NCBI GenBank assembly: GCA_965199495.1
Contig: CBDASK010000003.1
Location: 992,001 to 1,056,000, forward strand
From: Abditibacterium sp.
Lineage (GTDB): Bacteria; Armatimonadota; Abditibacteriia; Abditibacteriales; Abditibacteriaceae
Length of the DNA stretch: 64,000 bases
Direction of reading: 5' to 3'
The position numbers were made by a program, and so were the translations under genes. The notes below the pieces were generated by a model. It was not told the origin of the DNA. It saw only the letters and a program-made list of their open reading frames with translations, and did no database searches. Below are positions 49,793 through 58,727 of the stretch, in pieces. Position 1 is the stretch's first letter, and every line of letters begins with the position of its first letter.

Positions 49793-49925
49793 TTGTCATT
49801 CTGAGCGCAGTGAGGCACGAGCGAAGTCGAAGAATCCACAACTCTCGACAAGATGAAAGCAAAGTTAAGGCGCGACCTGTGGATTCTTCGACTTCGCTCG
49901 TGCCTCACTGCGCTCAGAATGACAA
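49793..49925. repeat. Palindromic element, TGTCATT family, copy C
   Basis: Perfect 48-bp arms at 49793-49840 and 49878-49925 (TTGTCATTCTGAGCGCAGTGAGGCACGAGCGAAGTCGAAGAATCCACA). Confidence 0.9.
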
Positions 49926-50077
49926 TGCGTGTGCTAACTCTAAATTTAACCGAATCAACCGACGACAAACGCGGCGCCGCGATAGCGAGTAAAATGATAA
50001 CCCACTAATCGCGCAGTTGTTTCCATTATTCTCAATTGCAGGCCCGAAGTCGCCCCAGAACGAAACGGCTTCTTTTC

Positions 50078-50359
50078 ATGTTCGTTGGTCTTTTGACCCT
50101 TCGCCTTCTCATTCACGACGCCCATTCCCTCAAAGAAAAGCGTCACGTCGTCAATTCCCTTTTGGACAGAACAAGGGCACGCTGGAATGTTTCGGCGGCG
50201 CAAATTGACAATCATGACCGATGGAACGACGCTCAAATCGCCGTCGTTCTGGTCTCCAACGACGGCGTGGCTGCACTGCGCGTAATGAATCATATTCGCG
50301 ATTTCGCCGAGAACGACCATCGTTTCGATGTCGCCGAAGTTTCGTGCGAATGGCGTTAA
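50078..50359 (+). CDS. DUF503 (YlxP) family protein
   Basis: MFVGLLTLRL...AHSLKEKRHVV...NVSAAQID.HD.W. Confidence 0.9.
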   Translation: MFVGLLTLRLLIHDAHSLKEKRHVVNSLLDRTRARWNVSAAQIDNHDRWNDAQIAVVLVSNDGVAALRVMNHIRDFAENDHRFDVAEVSCEWR

Positions 50360-50362
50360 ATT

Positions 50363-50851
50363 ATGCCGAATACTTTGACCGAAAAAGCGATTAAGCAACC
50401 GTTTCGCGTTGGCTTGATGTTAGGCGCGTTGACTTTGCCGAGTTTGTGGGTGGCGAGTAAAGATGTCTGGCGCTGGCTACAAGAAATGCGTTGGCTCGAT
50501 TCCGAGGAAGTCACGCAGGTTTTCGCGATGGGATTTGTGCCCGGCATGATTTTGGGCGCGGGCGCCCTGCGCGCTTTAGTCGCGTGGAAAGCGGGCGAAG
50601 TTGGTCGGGCGCGTTGGCTACTCATCAGCCACGGCGGATTGGTCACTCTGTTTGCGGGCGCATTGCTCGCGCGCGACTTAAGGCGACAATACTTCTTATT
50701 CCAAATTGTTTCGCCCCGTCCACCACAAATTTTGGCGTATGAGATGCCATATTGGTTTTATTATCTGCTCGTTGTCATGGACGCCGTTCCGCTACAAATC
50801 GCTTTGGCAATGCTACTTCTCGGCTTGTTTATGCGCGGCAACCGAGCGTAA
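50363..50851 (+). CDS. Hypothetical membrane protein
   Basis: Four hydrophobic segments, tightly spaced between the DUF503 gene and rbfA. Confidence 0.6.
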   Translation: MPNTLTEKAIKQPFRVGLMLGALTLPSLWVASKDVWRWLQEMRWLDSEEVTQVFAMGFVPGMILGAGALRALVAWKAGEVGRARWLLISHGGLVTLFAGALLARDLRRQYFLFQIVSPRPPQILAYEMPYWFYYLLVVMDAVPLQIALAMLLLGLFMRGNRA

Positions 50852-50879
50852 CGGTTTAAACTCACTTTCCACAAATATT

Positions 50880-51266
50880 ATGGCCACAACATTTAGAGCT
50901 GACCGCGCCGCCGAGGCGATTCGCATGAGCGTTTCCAAAGCCTTGCGCGAAGACGTTGCCGATCCGGCGTTGCAAGCCGCGACCATCACGCGCGTCGAAG
51001 TGACACACGATCTCTCGTTCGCGCGCATCTATTACACCGTGCTGGGCGAAGTTAGCGAGCGCAAAGCCGTGCAGGCCGGTTTCGACCGCGCGTTGCCGTT
51101 TTTGCGCAGTCGCGTCGGCGAAGAGGTGCCGTTGCGTAGCGTGCCCGAAATCCGCTTCGATTTCGATAAAGGCGTCGAAAATCAGATGCGTCTGGAAGAA
51201 ATTTTCGAGACGTTGCCAGAGCTGAAAAAGGGGACAGGAGACGGGAGTCAGGAGACAGGGAATTAG
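50880..51266 (+). CDS. rbfA: Ribosome-binding factor A
   Basis: RADRAAEAIR...TITRVEVTHDLSFARIY...LRSVPEIRFDFD. Confidence 0.93.
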   Translation: MATTFRADRAAEAIRMSVSKALREDVADPALQAATITRVEVTHDLSFARIYYTVLGEVSERKAVQAGFDRALPFLRSRVGEEVPLRSVPEIRFDFDKGVENQMRLEEIFETLPELKKGTGDGSQETGN

Positions 51267-51334
51267 GAACTGGAACTTGGAAGCAATCGCCGCTTTATCG
51301 CGTGCCTGTCTCCTGACTTCTGTCTCCTGTCTCC
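51230..51334. repeat. Inverted array of 7-bp repeats (GGAGACA ... TGTCTCC)
   Basis: GGGGACA GGAGACG GGAGTCA GGAGACA ... CCTGTCT CCTGACT TCTGTCT CCTGTCT. The left half is translated as the RbfA tail. Confidence 0.78.
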
Positions 51335-51341
51335 TTTTCCC

Positions 51342-52634
51342 ATGATCGTTATTATTGGCGCGGGCGCCGCAGGTTTGATGGCGGGCATCGCCGCTGGCCG
51401 TTTGGGCGCGCGCGCGTGCGTTTTGGACGGCGTCAAGAAAGTCGGCGCCAAAATTTTGGTTTCGGGCGGTTCGCGCTGCAACGTCACCAACGAACACGTC
51501 GTGCCAGCACGCTTCAACGGCGAAGGAAGCGCGCCGTTTCTCGCGCGCACCCTGCGCTCGTTTTCGCCCGCCGACACGCACCGGTTTTTCCGCGAAATCG
51601 GCGTCGAACTCAAACTCGAAGCGACCGGCAAATTCTTCCCGACCTCCGACACTTCGCGCACCGTTTTGGCGGCGTTGCTAAAAGCGTTGGATGACGCCAA
51701 AGTGCCGCTTCGCACTGAAACGCCGGTTCTCAAAATTGAACAAATCGGCGAGGGCGAAACCGCGAGTTGGCGCGTGCATACTGGCGGCGCGCATCCCGAA
51801 ATCATTGAAGCGAGTTGCGTGATTTTGGCGACGGGCGGCTTAGCGTTGCCCAAAAGCGGCTCGGATGGGCGCGGCTACCGCATGGCGCGCGCGTTGGGTC
51901 ATTCGGTCGTCGAAACCACGCCCGCGTTGACGCCATTGTTGGGCAACGACGAAGTGCATCAAGCGCTTTCGGGCCGCTCGCTCCCCGCGCGATTGACTTT
52001 GTATCGCGAGGACAAACCGGCGCAAAACGAAAAATTGGCGAGTTACGAAGGTTCGCTGCTCTTTACGCATCGCGGTTATAGCGGGCCAGTCGCGCTCAAC
52101 ATCAGTCGCCACGTCGCGCGCGAGCGTTGGCAATATCCGCACGCCAGCGTTTTTGCCTCATTTTTCCCCGAAGTCAAAGAAGCCGACGAAGGCCAATTTT
52201 GGACGGAATGGTCGCAGAAATCGCCCAAGAAAAACGTGGCGAATGCTTTATCGGCGCATATGCCCGACGACATCGCCGAAACGTTGGCAGCGCGCGCGGG
52301 CGTCGAGAATTCGCCGTTGGGCCGATTGAGCCGCGAGGGCGTGGCTGCTCTGCGCGAGCAGATGTTCGCGTGTCCTTTGTCGGTCGAAGCAGTCGCACCC
52401 TATGAGAAAGCCGAAACGACGGCGGGCGGCATCGCGCTCGCCGAAATCGCGCCCGCGACGATGATGAGTCGCATCGCGCCCGGCCTCTTTTTCTGCGGCG
52501 AAATCTGCGACGTTGACGGCTGGTTGGGCGGCTACAACTTTCAGTGGGCGTGGAGTTCGGGCGTCGTCGCCGGACGCGCGGCGGCGAAATGGGAGAATCG
52601 GATGTCGGACAAACAGATGTCAGATGTCGGATGA
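51342..52634 (+). CDS. HI0933/BaiN-family flavoprotein oxidoreductase
   Basis: IIGAGAAGLMA, KILVSGGSRCNVTN, LATGG, LLFTHRGYSGP and GGYNFQWAWSSG. Confidence 0.93.
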   Translation: MIVIIGAGAAGLMAGIAAGRLGARACVLDGVKKVGAKILVSGGSRCNVTNEHVVPARFNGEGSAPFLARTLRSFSPADTHRFFREIGVELKLEATGKFFPTSDTSRTVLAALLKALDDAKVPLRTETPVLKIEQIGEGETASWRVHTGGAHPEIIEASCVILATGGLALPKSGSDGRGYRMARALGHSVVETTPALTPLLGNDEVHQALSGRSLPARLTLYREDKPAQNEKLASYEGSLLFTHRGYSGPVALNISRHVARERWQYPHASVFASFFPEVKEADEGQFWTEWSQKSPKKNVANALSAHMPDDIAETLAARAGVENSPLGRLSREGVAALREQMFACPLSVEAVAPYEKAETTAGGIALAEIAPATMMSRIAPGLFFCGEICDVDGWLGGYNFQWAWSSGVVAGRAAAKWENRMSDKQMSDVG

Positions 52635-52690
52635 ACGAAATGAAAATCACTTCGACCTATCCGAAATCTGTTATCCGACATCCGAAATCC
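52598..52690. repeat. Inverted array of 7-bp repeats (CGGATGT/CAGATGT ... ACATCCG/AAATCCG)
   Basis: Degenerate heptamers on both sides of the HI0933 stop codon, between convergent genes. Confidence 0.7.
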
Positions 52691-52694
52691 GGCC

Positions 52695-54434
52695 CTACAA
52701 TTTCGCTTTAAAAATCGCCCATTCGATGCCTTTGGTGATGTAAATCAACAGGAAAAATCCGACCATGACGCCCATGATCGCCTCAGCGATGCTCGAAACC
52801 TGCGCGGCGTTGGCGACGGATTGCTCGATGGCATCTTTGTTGGCTTGAACGGTATCGATGATTTTGGGAACGGGCGGGCTGAACGAGAACATACCCCAAA
52901 CAGATTGCATCGCTTTGTCGAAGAGTTGAAATAATTTGGTGTAAATCGGATAGCCAACGAAACAGAGGCCGATGGTCGCGGGCAAAGCCAACGGCGAGAG
53001 CATACGGAATTTGTAGGTTTGGTGTTCCAAATAAATATAGCAACGCCCGCACGGCGGTTTGCTCTGCGAAATGCGCGTGGGCGCGCTGATGACGGCCATC
53101 GGCTCGCCGCGCACGATGCGGCCAATCATCTCTTCGTCGCAATAGCAGCCACGCCCAAACTTCCAGCAGGTCGTTTTCGCGATGAACGCCGGGCACAACA
53201 CGCGAATCGCCTCGCGGCAAAACGGCAATTTCCAGCACGGCGACATCATGTTGGCCTGACTGGCGATGGCGCGTTGCTTGGCTTCGGTCGGTCGGCCCTG
53301 ACCGACATTAGCCATTTTGGCGCGCATACGGTCGGGCAACTTCCACAGAAAATCGAACAGGTCAATTGTCGCTTTGAGGGCGCCCAGATAAAACAAAACG
53401 CGCCCCACCGAACGCAACTCTGGAATAACGTGAGGCCCAACGAGCGCGCCCGCCAGAGTTTCGCCCGCTGCGGCTTTGACCAACAATGGCGAGCCAAACA
53501 TCAGCGCGGCGCCGATGAAGGCGAAAATCGCGCCCATGCGATTGTCTTCGTAGCCCAAAATGAGCGTGGCGATGGTGGTAGCCAACAGACAAACACTGAA
53601 ACCTTTGGCAGCATATTCGATGTTGCGTAACACAACGGCGGTTTTGGGATTGGTCGCGCCCAACGTGCCCACGCCACCGAAAAAGAGCGCCGCCAGCAGA
53701 AAGGCCAGACACAAAATGCCCACGATGCCAAACACGCGTAGCGCCCACGAAGCCGGGCCTTCCAGCATATTGAGCGCGCTGCGAATGGAAGTGCCCAGCC
53801 CGAAAAACCCCGCGTTTATGTCTTCTTTGGCTTCCTCGCTAAAGACCTCTTCCGCCGCCGGAGTCGTCGGCGTGGGTGTCAGCGCCGCAGCCGCAGCGGG
53901 ATTGGGCGCCGCCGAGGGGTTGGGCACGCCAACGGGATGCAGCGCATCGGCAGCCACCGCGCTCGGAGCCACTACGCTCGGAGCCACCGCACCGGGCGTA
54001 AAAGTGGCTTTGCCCGCCGCGTTTGGTCGCGGCGCACCCGAAGCGCCCGTCCCCGCATGAAGCGGTTGCGATTGCGCGGGTTGCGCTGAACGCGTCGGCT
54101 GCGCTGGTTGGGTTGGGCGCGCGGGCGGAACGGGACGAGCCACGCCCGGAACTTGAGCTTGAGCGGCGCCGGGTTGTGTTCGTTGCTGTGGACGCGGAGC
54201 GGTTGGGCGCGCGTTGGCGACGGGTTGCCCCGCGACGGGCGGCGCGACGGGTTGCGCGGGCGCCGGTTGCGCCGGAGTTTGCGCGGGCGTCTGCGAGAGA
54301 AAAGAGAAATCGTCCTCTTCTTCTGCGGGCGCGGGCGCGTTAGCGGGCGGCGTGGCTGCTGTTGGAGGCGACGGTTCAGGTTGTGGAAGCGCCGCTTCGG
54401 GCTTATCTTCGTCGGAAAAATGGAATGATGACAT
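52695..54434 (-). CDS. Membrane protein with Pro/Ala-rich N-terminus and Cys-rich (two-CW-like) domain
   Basis: About 200-aa low-complexity N-terminus, several TM helices, CWKLPFC-x7-CPA-x6-CWKFGRGCYC...CGRCYIY. Confidence 0.75.
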   Translation of the reverse strand: MSSFHFSDEDKPEAALPQPEPSPPTAATPPANAPAPAEEEDDFSFLSQTPAQTPAQPAPAQPVAPPVAGQPVANARPTAPRPQQRTQPGAAQAQVPGVARPVPPARPTQPAQPTRSAQPAQSQPLHAGTGASGAPRPNAAGKATFTPGAVAPSVVAPSAVAADALHPVGVPNPSAAPNPAAAAALTPTPTTPAAEEVFSEEAKEDINAGFFGLGTSIRSALNMLEGPASWALRVFGIVGILCLAFLLAALFFGGVGTLGATNPKTAVVLRNIEYAAKGFSVCLLATTIATLILGYEDNRMGAIFAFIGAALMFGSPLLVKAAAGETLAGALVGPHVIPELRSVGRVLFYLGALKATIDLFDFLWKLPDRMRAKMANVGQGRPTEAKQRAIASQANMMSPCWKLPFCREAIRVLCPAFIAKTTCWKFGRGCYCDEEMIGRIVRGEPMAVISAPTRISQSKPPCGRCYIYLEHQTYKFRMLSPLALPATIGLCFVGYPIYTKLFQLFDKAMQSVWGMFSFSPPVPKIIDTVQANKDAIEQSVANAAQVSSIAEAIMGVMVGFFLLIYITKGIEWAIFKAKL

Positions 54435-54512
54435 AAAAGTGGCCTGAAAATCGTTTGATACCAGTCTCCCTCTTTCACGCGCTCTTTTCAAAAGAAAAGT
54501 TTAAGAATCCGC

Positions 54513-54547
54513 AAAGGCCGCGCAGAACCATTTTCCGCGCGGCCTTT
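54513..54547 (-). terminator. Probable terminator after the chlorite dismutase family gene
   Basis: AAAGGCCGCGC / GCGCGGCCTTT stem. Confidence 0.55.
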
Positions 54548-54567
54548 AGTTCGAGAGAAGTTGTGTT

Positions 54568-55308
54568 TTACAACGTTTCCAAAACTTCTTCGATGGTGCC
54601 TTTGATGCCCGTCACAATTGGCGTATCGCGCACGGTGTATTTGCTGCCCTGCGTTTCGCGCAGTTCCATCACCAAGTCCACGAAATCTTCGGGATAATCG
54701 CCCTCAAAAGCGACGACGAAATCCTGATCGTCAATGCCGAACGAATAAGTCGTGTTGAGCTTCACCGTCGGATATTTGTTGCCAACCCAGATATGCTCGT
54801 CCATCACTTCCTGACGGACTTCGTGGGGCGCCAGATACCAATCGCGGCTTTTGACGAACGGATAAACAAACACGAATTTGCCTCGGCCCGGCTTAATCGT
54901 GGAACGCACATCGTCGTGTTCGGGGTTGAGTTTGTCCACGTAAACGCTGCGCTTGCTCATGGACAAAAACGCCAGCGACGGCACGCAATATTTGCCCAGT
55001 TCCGTGCGCGAAAGCTCGACTTGCATTTGCTGCAAGCGTTCGAGTTTGTAGTCAATGCGCCACAGAAAAAAGTCGCAATCGGCGCGCAGACCAACCGTGG
55101 AATAAGGCACTGTAATCGTGCCGCTCTCGCTATATTTTTTGACGACACCAGCATATTCGGCGCGCGCGGCGGCTTGCTCGTCGGCGGACAAGCGGCGAAA
55201 GGCCGGATCGAGTTTAAGAAAGAAAAACGAGATGAACTGGCGCGGCGTGCGGTCTGCGGGATTTTTAGGCGTGACGGGATCGGGCAAAGTGCGGGGTGTT
55301 GGTTTCAT
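54568..55308 (-). CDS. Chlorite dismutase family / coproheme decarboxylase (ChdC/HemQ-like)
   Basis: YSTVGLRADCDFFLW, VYPFVKSRDWY, MDEH, YSFGIDDQDFVVAFE and LRETQGSKYTVRDTP. Confidence 0.88.
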   Translation of the reverse strand: MKPTPRTLPDPVTPKNPADRTPRQFISFFFLKLDPAFRRLSADEQAAARAEYAGVVKKYSESGTITVPYSTVGLRADCDFFLWRIDYKLERLQQMQVELSRTELGKYCVPSLAFLSMSKRSVYVDKLNPEHDDVRSTIKPGRGKFVFVYPFVKSRDWYLAPHEVRQEVMDEHIWVGNKYPTVKLNTTYSFGIDDQDFVVAFEGDYPEDFVDLVMELRETQGSKYTVRDTPIVTGIKGTIEEVLETL

Positions 55309-55403
55309 GGAATCACCCAAGACGAGATAGAGGCGAATAGGAAACCGAAAAATTCGCGTACTCACTTATTTTGATGTCAGTCATGCTCACCTCAAAATAA
55401 GTT

Positions 55404-57482
55404 TTACCCGTAAACTTTGCTCCACCCCTGTTGAATCGTGCCCAGCGCGCCGACGTTAAAGCGTTCGTCGCGCGGCAATCCCCCAAGTTGCACGCCTTTG
55501 GATTTGGCCGTGGCTGCTGTGAACGGATTTTTTTCGATGGCAGACGAGGGCGAGATTTCGGTCGGGCGAAAACCGCTTTGCAACAACGCTTTTTGCGCGC
55601 CCTCGCTTTTGAGATAAGTCAAGAAAGCTGCGCGGCCTCCGGCGACTTCGAGTGGCGCGCCCACGCGTTCGACGGCGCAAAACGGATGGTCGGCGAGCGC
55701 GGTGCGCGGCAGATAATAAATCTCCAACGCCTTGCCCTGCCCAATCCAACTGAGCGCGTCGCTTTCGTAAGCCACCGCCCAACCATAGCGGCCCGTCGTG
55801 CCCAAAACCATATCTTTGATCATCGCGTCGGGCGCGGCCACGCTCGACGGCACGTTGTCTTCAAATCCGGCCATCCACTTCCAAAACGCCGGGTTTTGCG
55901 CGGCTTCGAGCGCGGATTTGCCCTTGGTGGGGGAAATGTTCTGGCCCCACTCGCGCGCCATCGAATAGCGCGCGAAAGCGCCGATCAGGGATTGGCGCGG
56001 ATCACTCAAACCGAAACGACCTTCCGCGTTTTTCATCACCAAGTTGCGCAGCGCGGCCCAGCTACTAATTTTGTGATTGGGAAACGCGGCGCGCAACGCG
56101 GCGGCTTGGTCGGAGCGCGCCACTAAAACCATCGGCGTTTGGGCCAGCGACTCGCCGATTTGCAAAATCGGGCGTTTGGCGGCGGGCGCCAACTGATTGT
56201 AATATTGCGCGTAACTGGCGCTGGACGGAATCCAACCGTCAATTTGGTCGCCACTTTTGCCCAGCGCGCGCTGAATCGCGACCTTCGACTCGACGCTCTG
56301 CACCACGATATCGTAGGGCGCTCCGGCAGGTGTGCTTTCCCAGGCGAAGCTGGCGCGCTCGACGGCGTCCTTCATTTCGGGCGCGACCGCCAGCACAATC
56401 GGCGTGCGGCCCGAACTGGTCGCCACGGCGGGCGTATTGGCAAAACGTTGAATAGTGATGGTCAGCAAAACGCCGGTGATGGCGATCATCAAATTGAGCG
56501 AAGTCGGCGACAATTTGCGCCGCGAAGTCGCGTCATCGGTTTCGACCACAACGCGAGATCGCGATTTTTTGCGAGCGCCCGCCGAGCGCGTAGTCGGCCC
56601 GGTGAACGGCTGCGCATTGGGATTGGACGCGCGCCGACGACGAATATCGGCGGCCTCTTGCGCCGTGATAACCGTCGCGCGCGCGGCCTCGAAAGGTTGC
56701 TGGTGAGCGCTATCTTCAACGGGCGTGGCTGCTTGCGAAGTGCCGCCATTTTTCACCTCCGGCGCGCGATGCTCCGAAACTGCTGCGCTCACCGCAACCA
56801 CGCCGTCGCTATGCTGCGTTGGTTCTTTGCGCGTTGGCTCGCTTTGCGCGGCGTGGCTCACAACAGGCGCATCGAGATTGCGCCGCCGCTTGCCGCGCGA
56901 AAAATCGAGCTGAAGTTCGTCATTGGCGGCTGGCTCGCCCGCGTTCATGTGCGGAAGGGCGGACAAATCTAAATCGGGCGCGTCAAAGGTTTCTGTCGCA
57001 TTCGCCTCGTTTTTTGGTGGGCGCTGCGAAATGGTTTGCGAGGGCAACAATTCCAATTCAGCGCCGGTGAGCGCCGCTTCAACAACGCGGCGGGCCTCGC
57101 CAATTTCTTCGCGCGCGCGCTGGGGCAATAAGGCTTCGTCGAAACTCAGACTTTTATTGCCGCGCAGAGACGCGATAAATTCCACGTAATTCTGCGCTGC
57201 GCCATTGTTTTCGAGGTGCAACCGGCACTGCTCATCGTAACGCGCGCGCCAATCGGAATCGAGCATCACGCGGCGACACTGCGGCAAAACGCGCTCGACG
57301 AGCGCGCGATAATAGTCGCGCCGCGCCGGATTGCGGTGCTCGCTATTGGACGCCGCATCGGAATACGCCCGGCCAATGCGCCGACGAATCGCATCCTCAT
57401 CGGCGTCGGGCGCGATGTCCAACAAAGCGTAATAATTAATCCACTGACCATCAATTTGTGGCGCGGAATCAGTTGTCGTCAT
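55404..57482 (-). CDS. J-domain-like + TM + extracellular solute-binding domain fusion
   Basis: N-terminal NYYALLDI...AIRR...MLD...RARYD, disordered linker, one TM helix, then WIPSS...SLAQTPMVLV...YES...DHPF...GFRP substrate-binding-like fold. Confidence 0.72.
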   Translation of the reverse strand: MTTTDSAPQIDGQWINYYALLDIAPDADEDAIRRRIGRAYSDAASNSEHRNPARRDYYRALVERVLPQCRRVMLDSDWRARYDEQCRLHLENNGAAQNYVEFIASLRGNKSLSFDEALLPQRAREEIGEARRVVEAALTGAELELLPSQTISQRPPKNEANATETFDAPDLDLSALPHMNAGEPAANDELQLDFSRGKRRRNLDAPVVSHAAQSEPTRKEPTQHSDGVVAVSAAVSEHRAPEVKNGGTSQAATPVEDSAHQQPFEAARATVITAQEAADIRRRRASNPNAQPFTGPTTRSAGARKKSRSRVVVETDDATSRRKLSPTSLNLMIAITGVLLTITIQRFANTPAVATSSGRTPIVLAVAPEMKDAVERASFAWESTPAGAPYDIVVQSVESKVAIQRALGKSGDQIDGWIPSSASYAQYYNQLAPAAKRPILQIGESLAQTPMVLVARSDQAAALRAAFPNHKISSWAALRNLVMKNAEGRFGLSDPRQSLIGAFARYSMAREWGQNISPTKGKSALEAAQNPAFWKWMAGFEDNVPSSVAAPDAMIKDMVLGTTGRYGWAVAYESDALSWIGQGKALEIYYLPRTALADHPFCAVERVGAPLEVAGGRAAFLTYLKSEGAQKALLQSGFRPTEISPSSAIEKNPFTAATAKSKGVQLGGLPRDERFNVGALGTIQQGWSKVYG

Positions 57483-57615
57483 CGTGTGTAATCCTCGAAT
57501 AATCGCGGCAATCTCGCCTCACAAAAAGAAGAAGTGAAACTATTAACACTCTTTTTGCCATATAATTCGACTGATTTGATACTTTGGGACAACAATCATT
57601 TTTTCGCTCCCGTAT

Positions 57616-58092
57616 TCAGCGCATAAAGCTCAACTTTTGCAGTTGCCATTTTCCCGCGCGCGGCACCAAGCGAATATAAACCACGGTCGCCTCGCCGATG
57701 GATTTATGCTGCACGCCGATGAGCCGGTGCGTATAATCCACGAACGGCGGGAACAGACAAACGCGACCGCCAAACGTAAGGCTGCCGCCCGCAGCAGGCG
57801 CCCAGCGCTCGATGGTGCCGTTAGTTTTCTCAAACTGCGCGAACCGATTCGCCATATCGGTTTGCGTCATCGAATCGCGCAGTTCGGGCGCTAACATTTC
57901 ATAAGCGCGCTTATAATCGTGGTTCTGGCAATCTTTATAAAACGTGTTGAGCGCGGCTTCCGAATCGCGCGACATACGCGGCGCGGTGCGCAAAGCGTAT
58001 CCCAGCAGACCGGCGAAACAAAACGCGACGACCACGCCGAGTTGCAAACCGACACGAATGTGGCGGGGTAATTTCGCGAAGTAGTGGAACAT
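57616..58092 (-). CDS. Hypothetical membrane-anchored protein
   Basis: N-terminal TM helix, FY...DYKRAYEMLAPELR and C-terminal KWQLQKL. Confidence 0.6.
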   Translation of the reverse strand: MFHYFAKLPRHIRVGLQLGVVVAFCFAGLLGYALRTAPRMSRDSEAALNTFYKDCQNHDYKRAYEMLAPELRDSMTQTDMANRFAQFEKTNGTIERWAPAAGGSLTFGGRVCLFPPFVDYTHRLIGVQHKSIGEATVVYIRLVPRAGKWQLQKLSFMR

Positions 58093-58095
58093 GGT

Positions 58096-58482
58096 TTAAG
58101 ATTTCGGGCGCGACGCCGATGGGCGCAGCGTCGCCGACCAAACCCAGAACATCAGAACGAATTGCAGCGGCAAACGCGCCCACAAAAGCGCATCGGGAAT
58201 TTGATACCCGCCCGGCACGACTTTATCGGTCGCCATATAAATGTTGGCCGGAAATATCGCCAACAACAGCGCAAGCAAACCCCAACCCGCCGCGCGCCGT
58301 GTTTTGGGAATCGCCACGCCAACGCCTCCAGCGATTTCGGCCAAACCGCTCAGATAAACGAGCGCGAGCGGAAACGGCAAATAGGGCGGCATGATTTCGG
58401 CGTAGAGCGCGGGCGAACGAAAATGATTGGCGCCGCCCGCGATGAACAGCAGCGAAATTAACGCGCGGGAAAGGAGAAGCAT
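58096..58482 (-). CDS. DoxX-like membrane protein
   Basis: AGGANHF...IMPPYLP...LVYLSGLAEIAGG...IFPANIYMA...RLPLQ. Confidence 0.88.
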   Translation of the reverse strand: MLLLSRALISLLFIAGGANHFRSPALYAEIMPPYLPFPLALVYLSGLAEIAGGVGVAIPKTRRAAGWGLLALLLAIFPANIYMATDKVVPGGYQIPDALLWARLPLQFVLMFWVWSATLRPSASRPKS

Positions 58483-58554
58483 GGGGATTTAAAGCAGGAC
58501 GCGGGCGCCGTGGCTTGTCTTGAGCGTTGGAGCGAGGCGCTCGTTGGAAACTAA

Positions 58555-58717
58555 TAGACCTTTTGGTGCCAGCGAATGAATTCGCGGCTGGGAAGCCTTC
58601 GGCTGGCAGTCCGCCTGCGCGGACACGAAGAACCGTTGAATGCTCTTGTCCGCGCAGGCGGACTGCCAGCCGAAGGCTTCCCAGCCGCGAATTCATTCGC
58701 TGGCACCAAAAGGTCTA
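58555..58717. repeat. Palindromic element, GCGAATnAATTCGC family, copy F
   Basis: Perfect 71-bp arms at 58555-58625 and 58647-58717. Internal hairpins GCGAATGAATTCGC, AGCCTTCGGCT and GTCCGCCTGCGCGGAC. Confidence 0.92.
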
Positions 58718-58727
58718 ATAAACCGCA

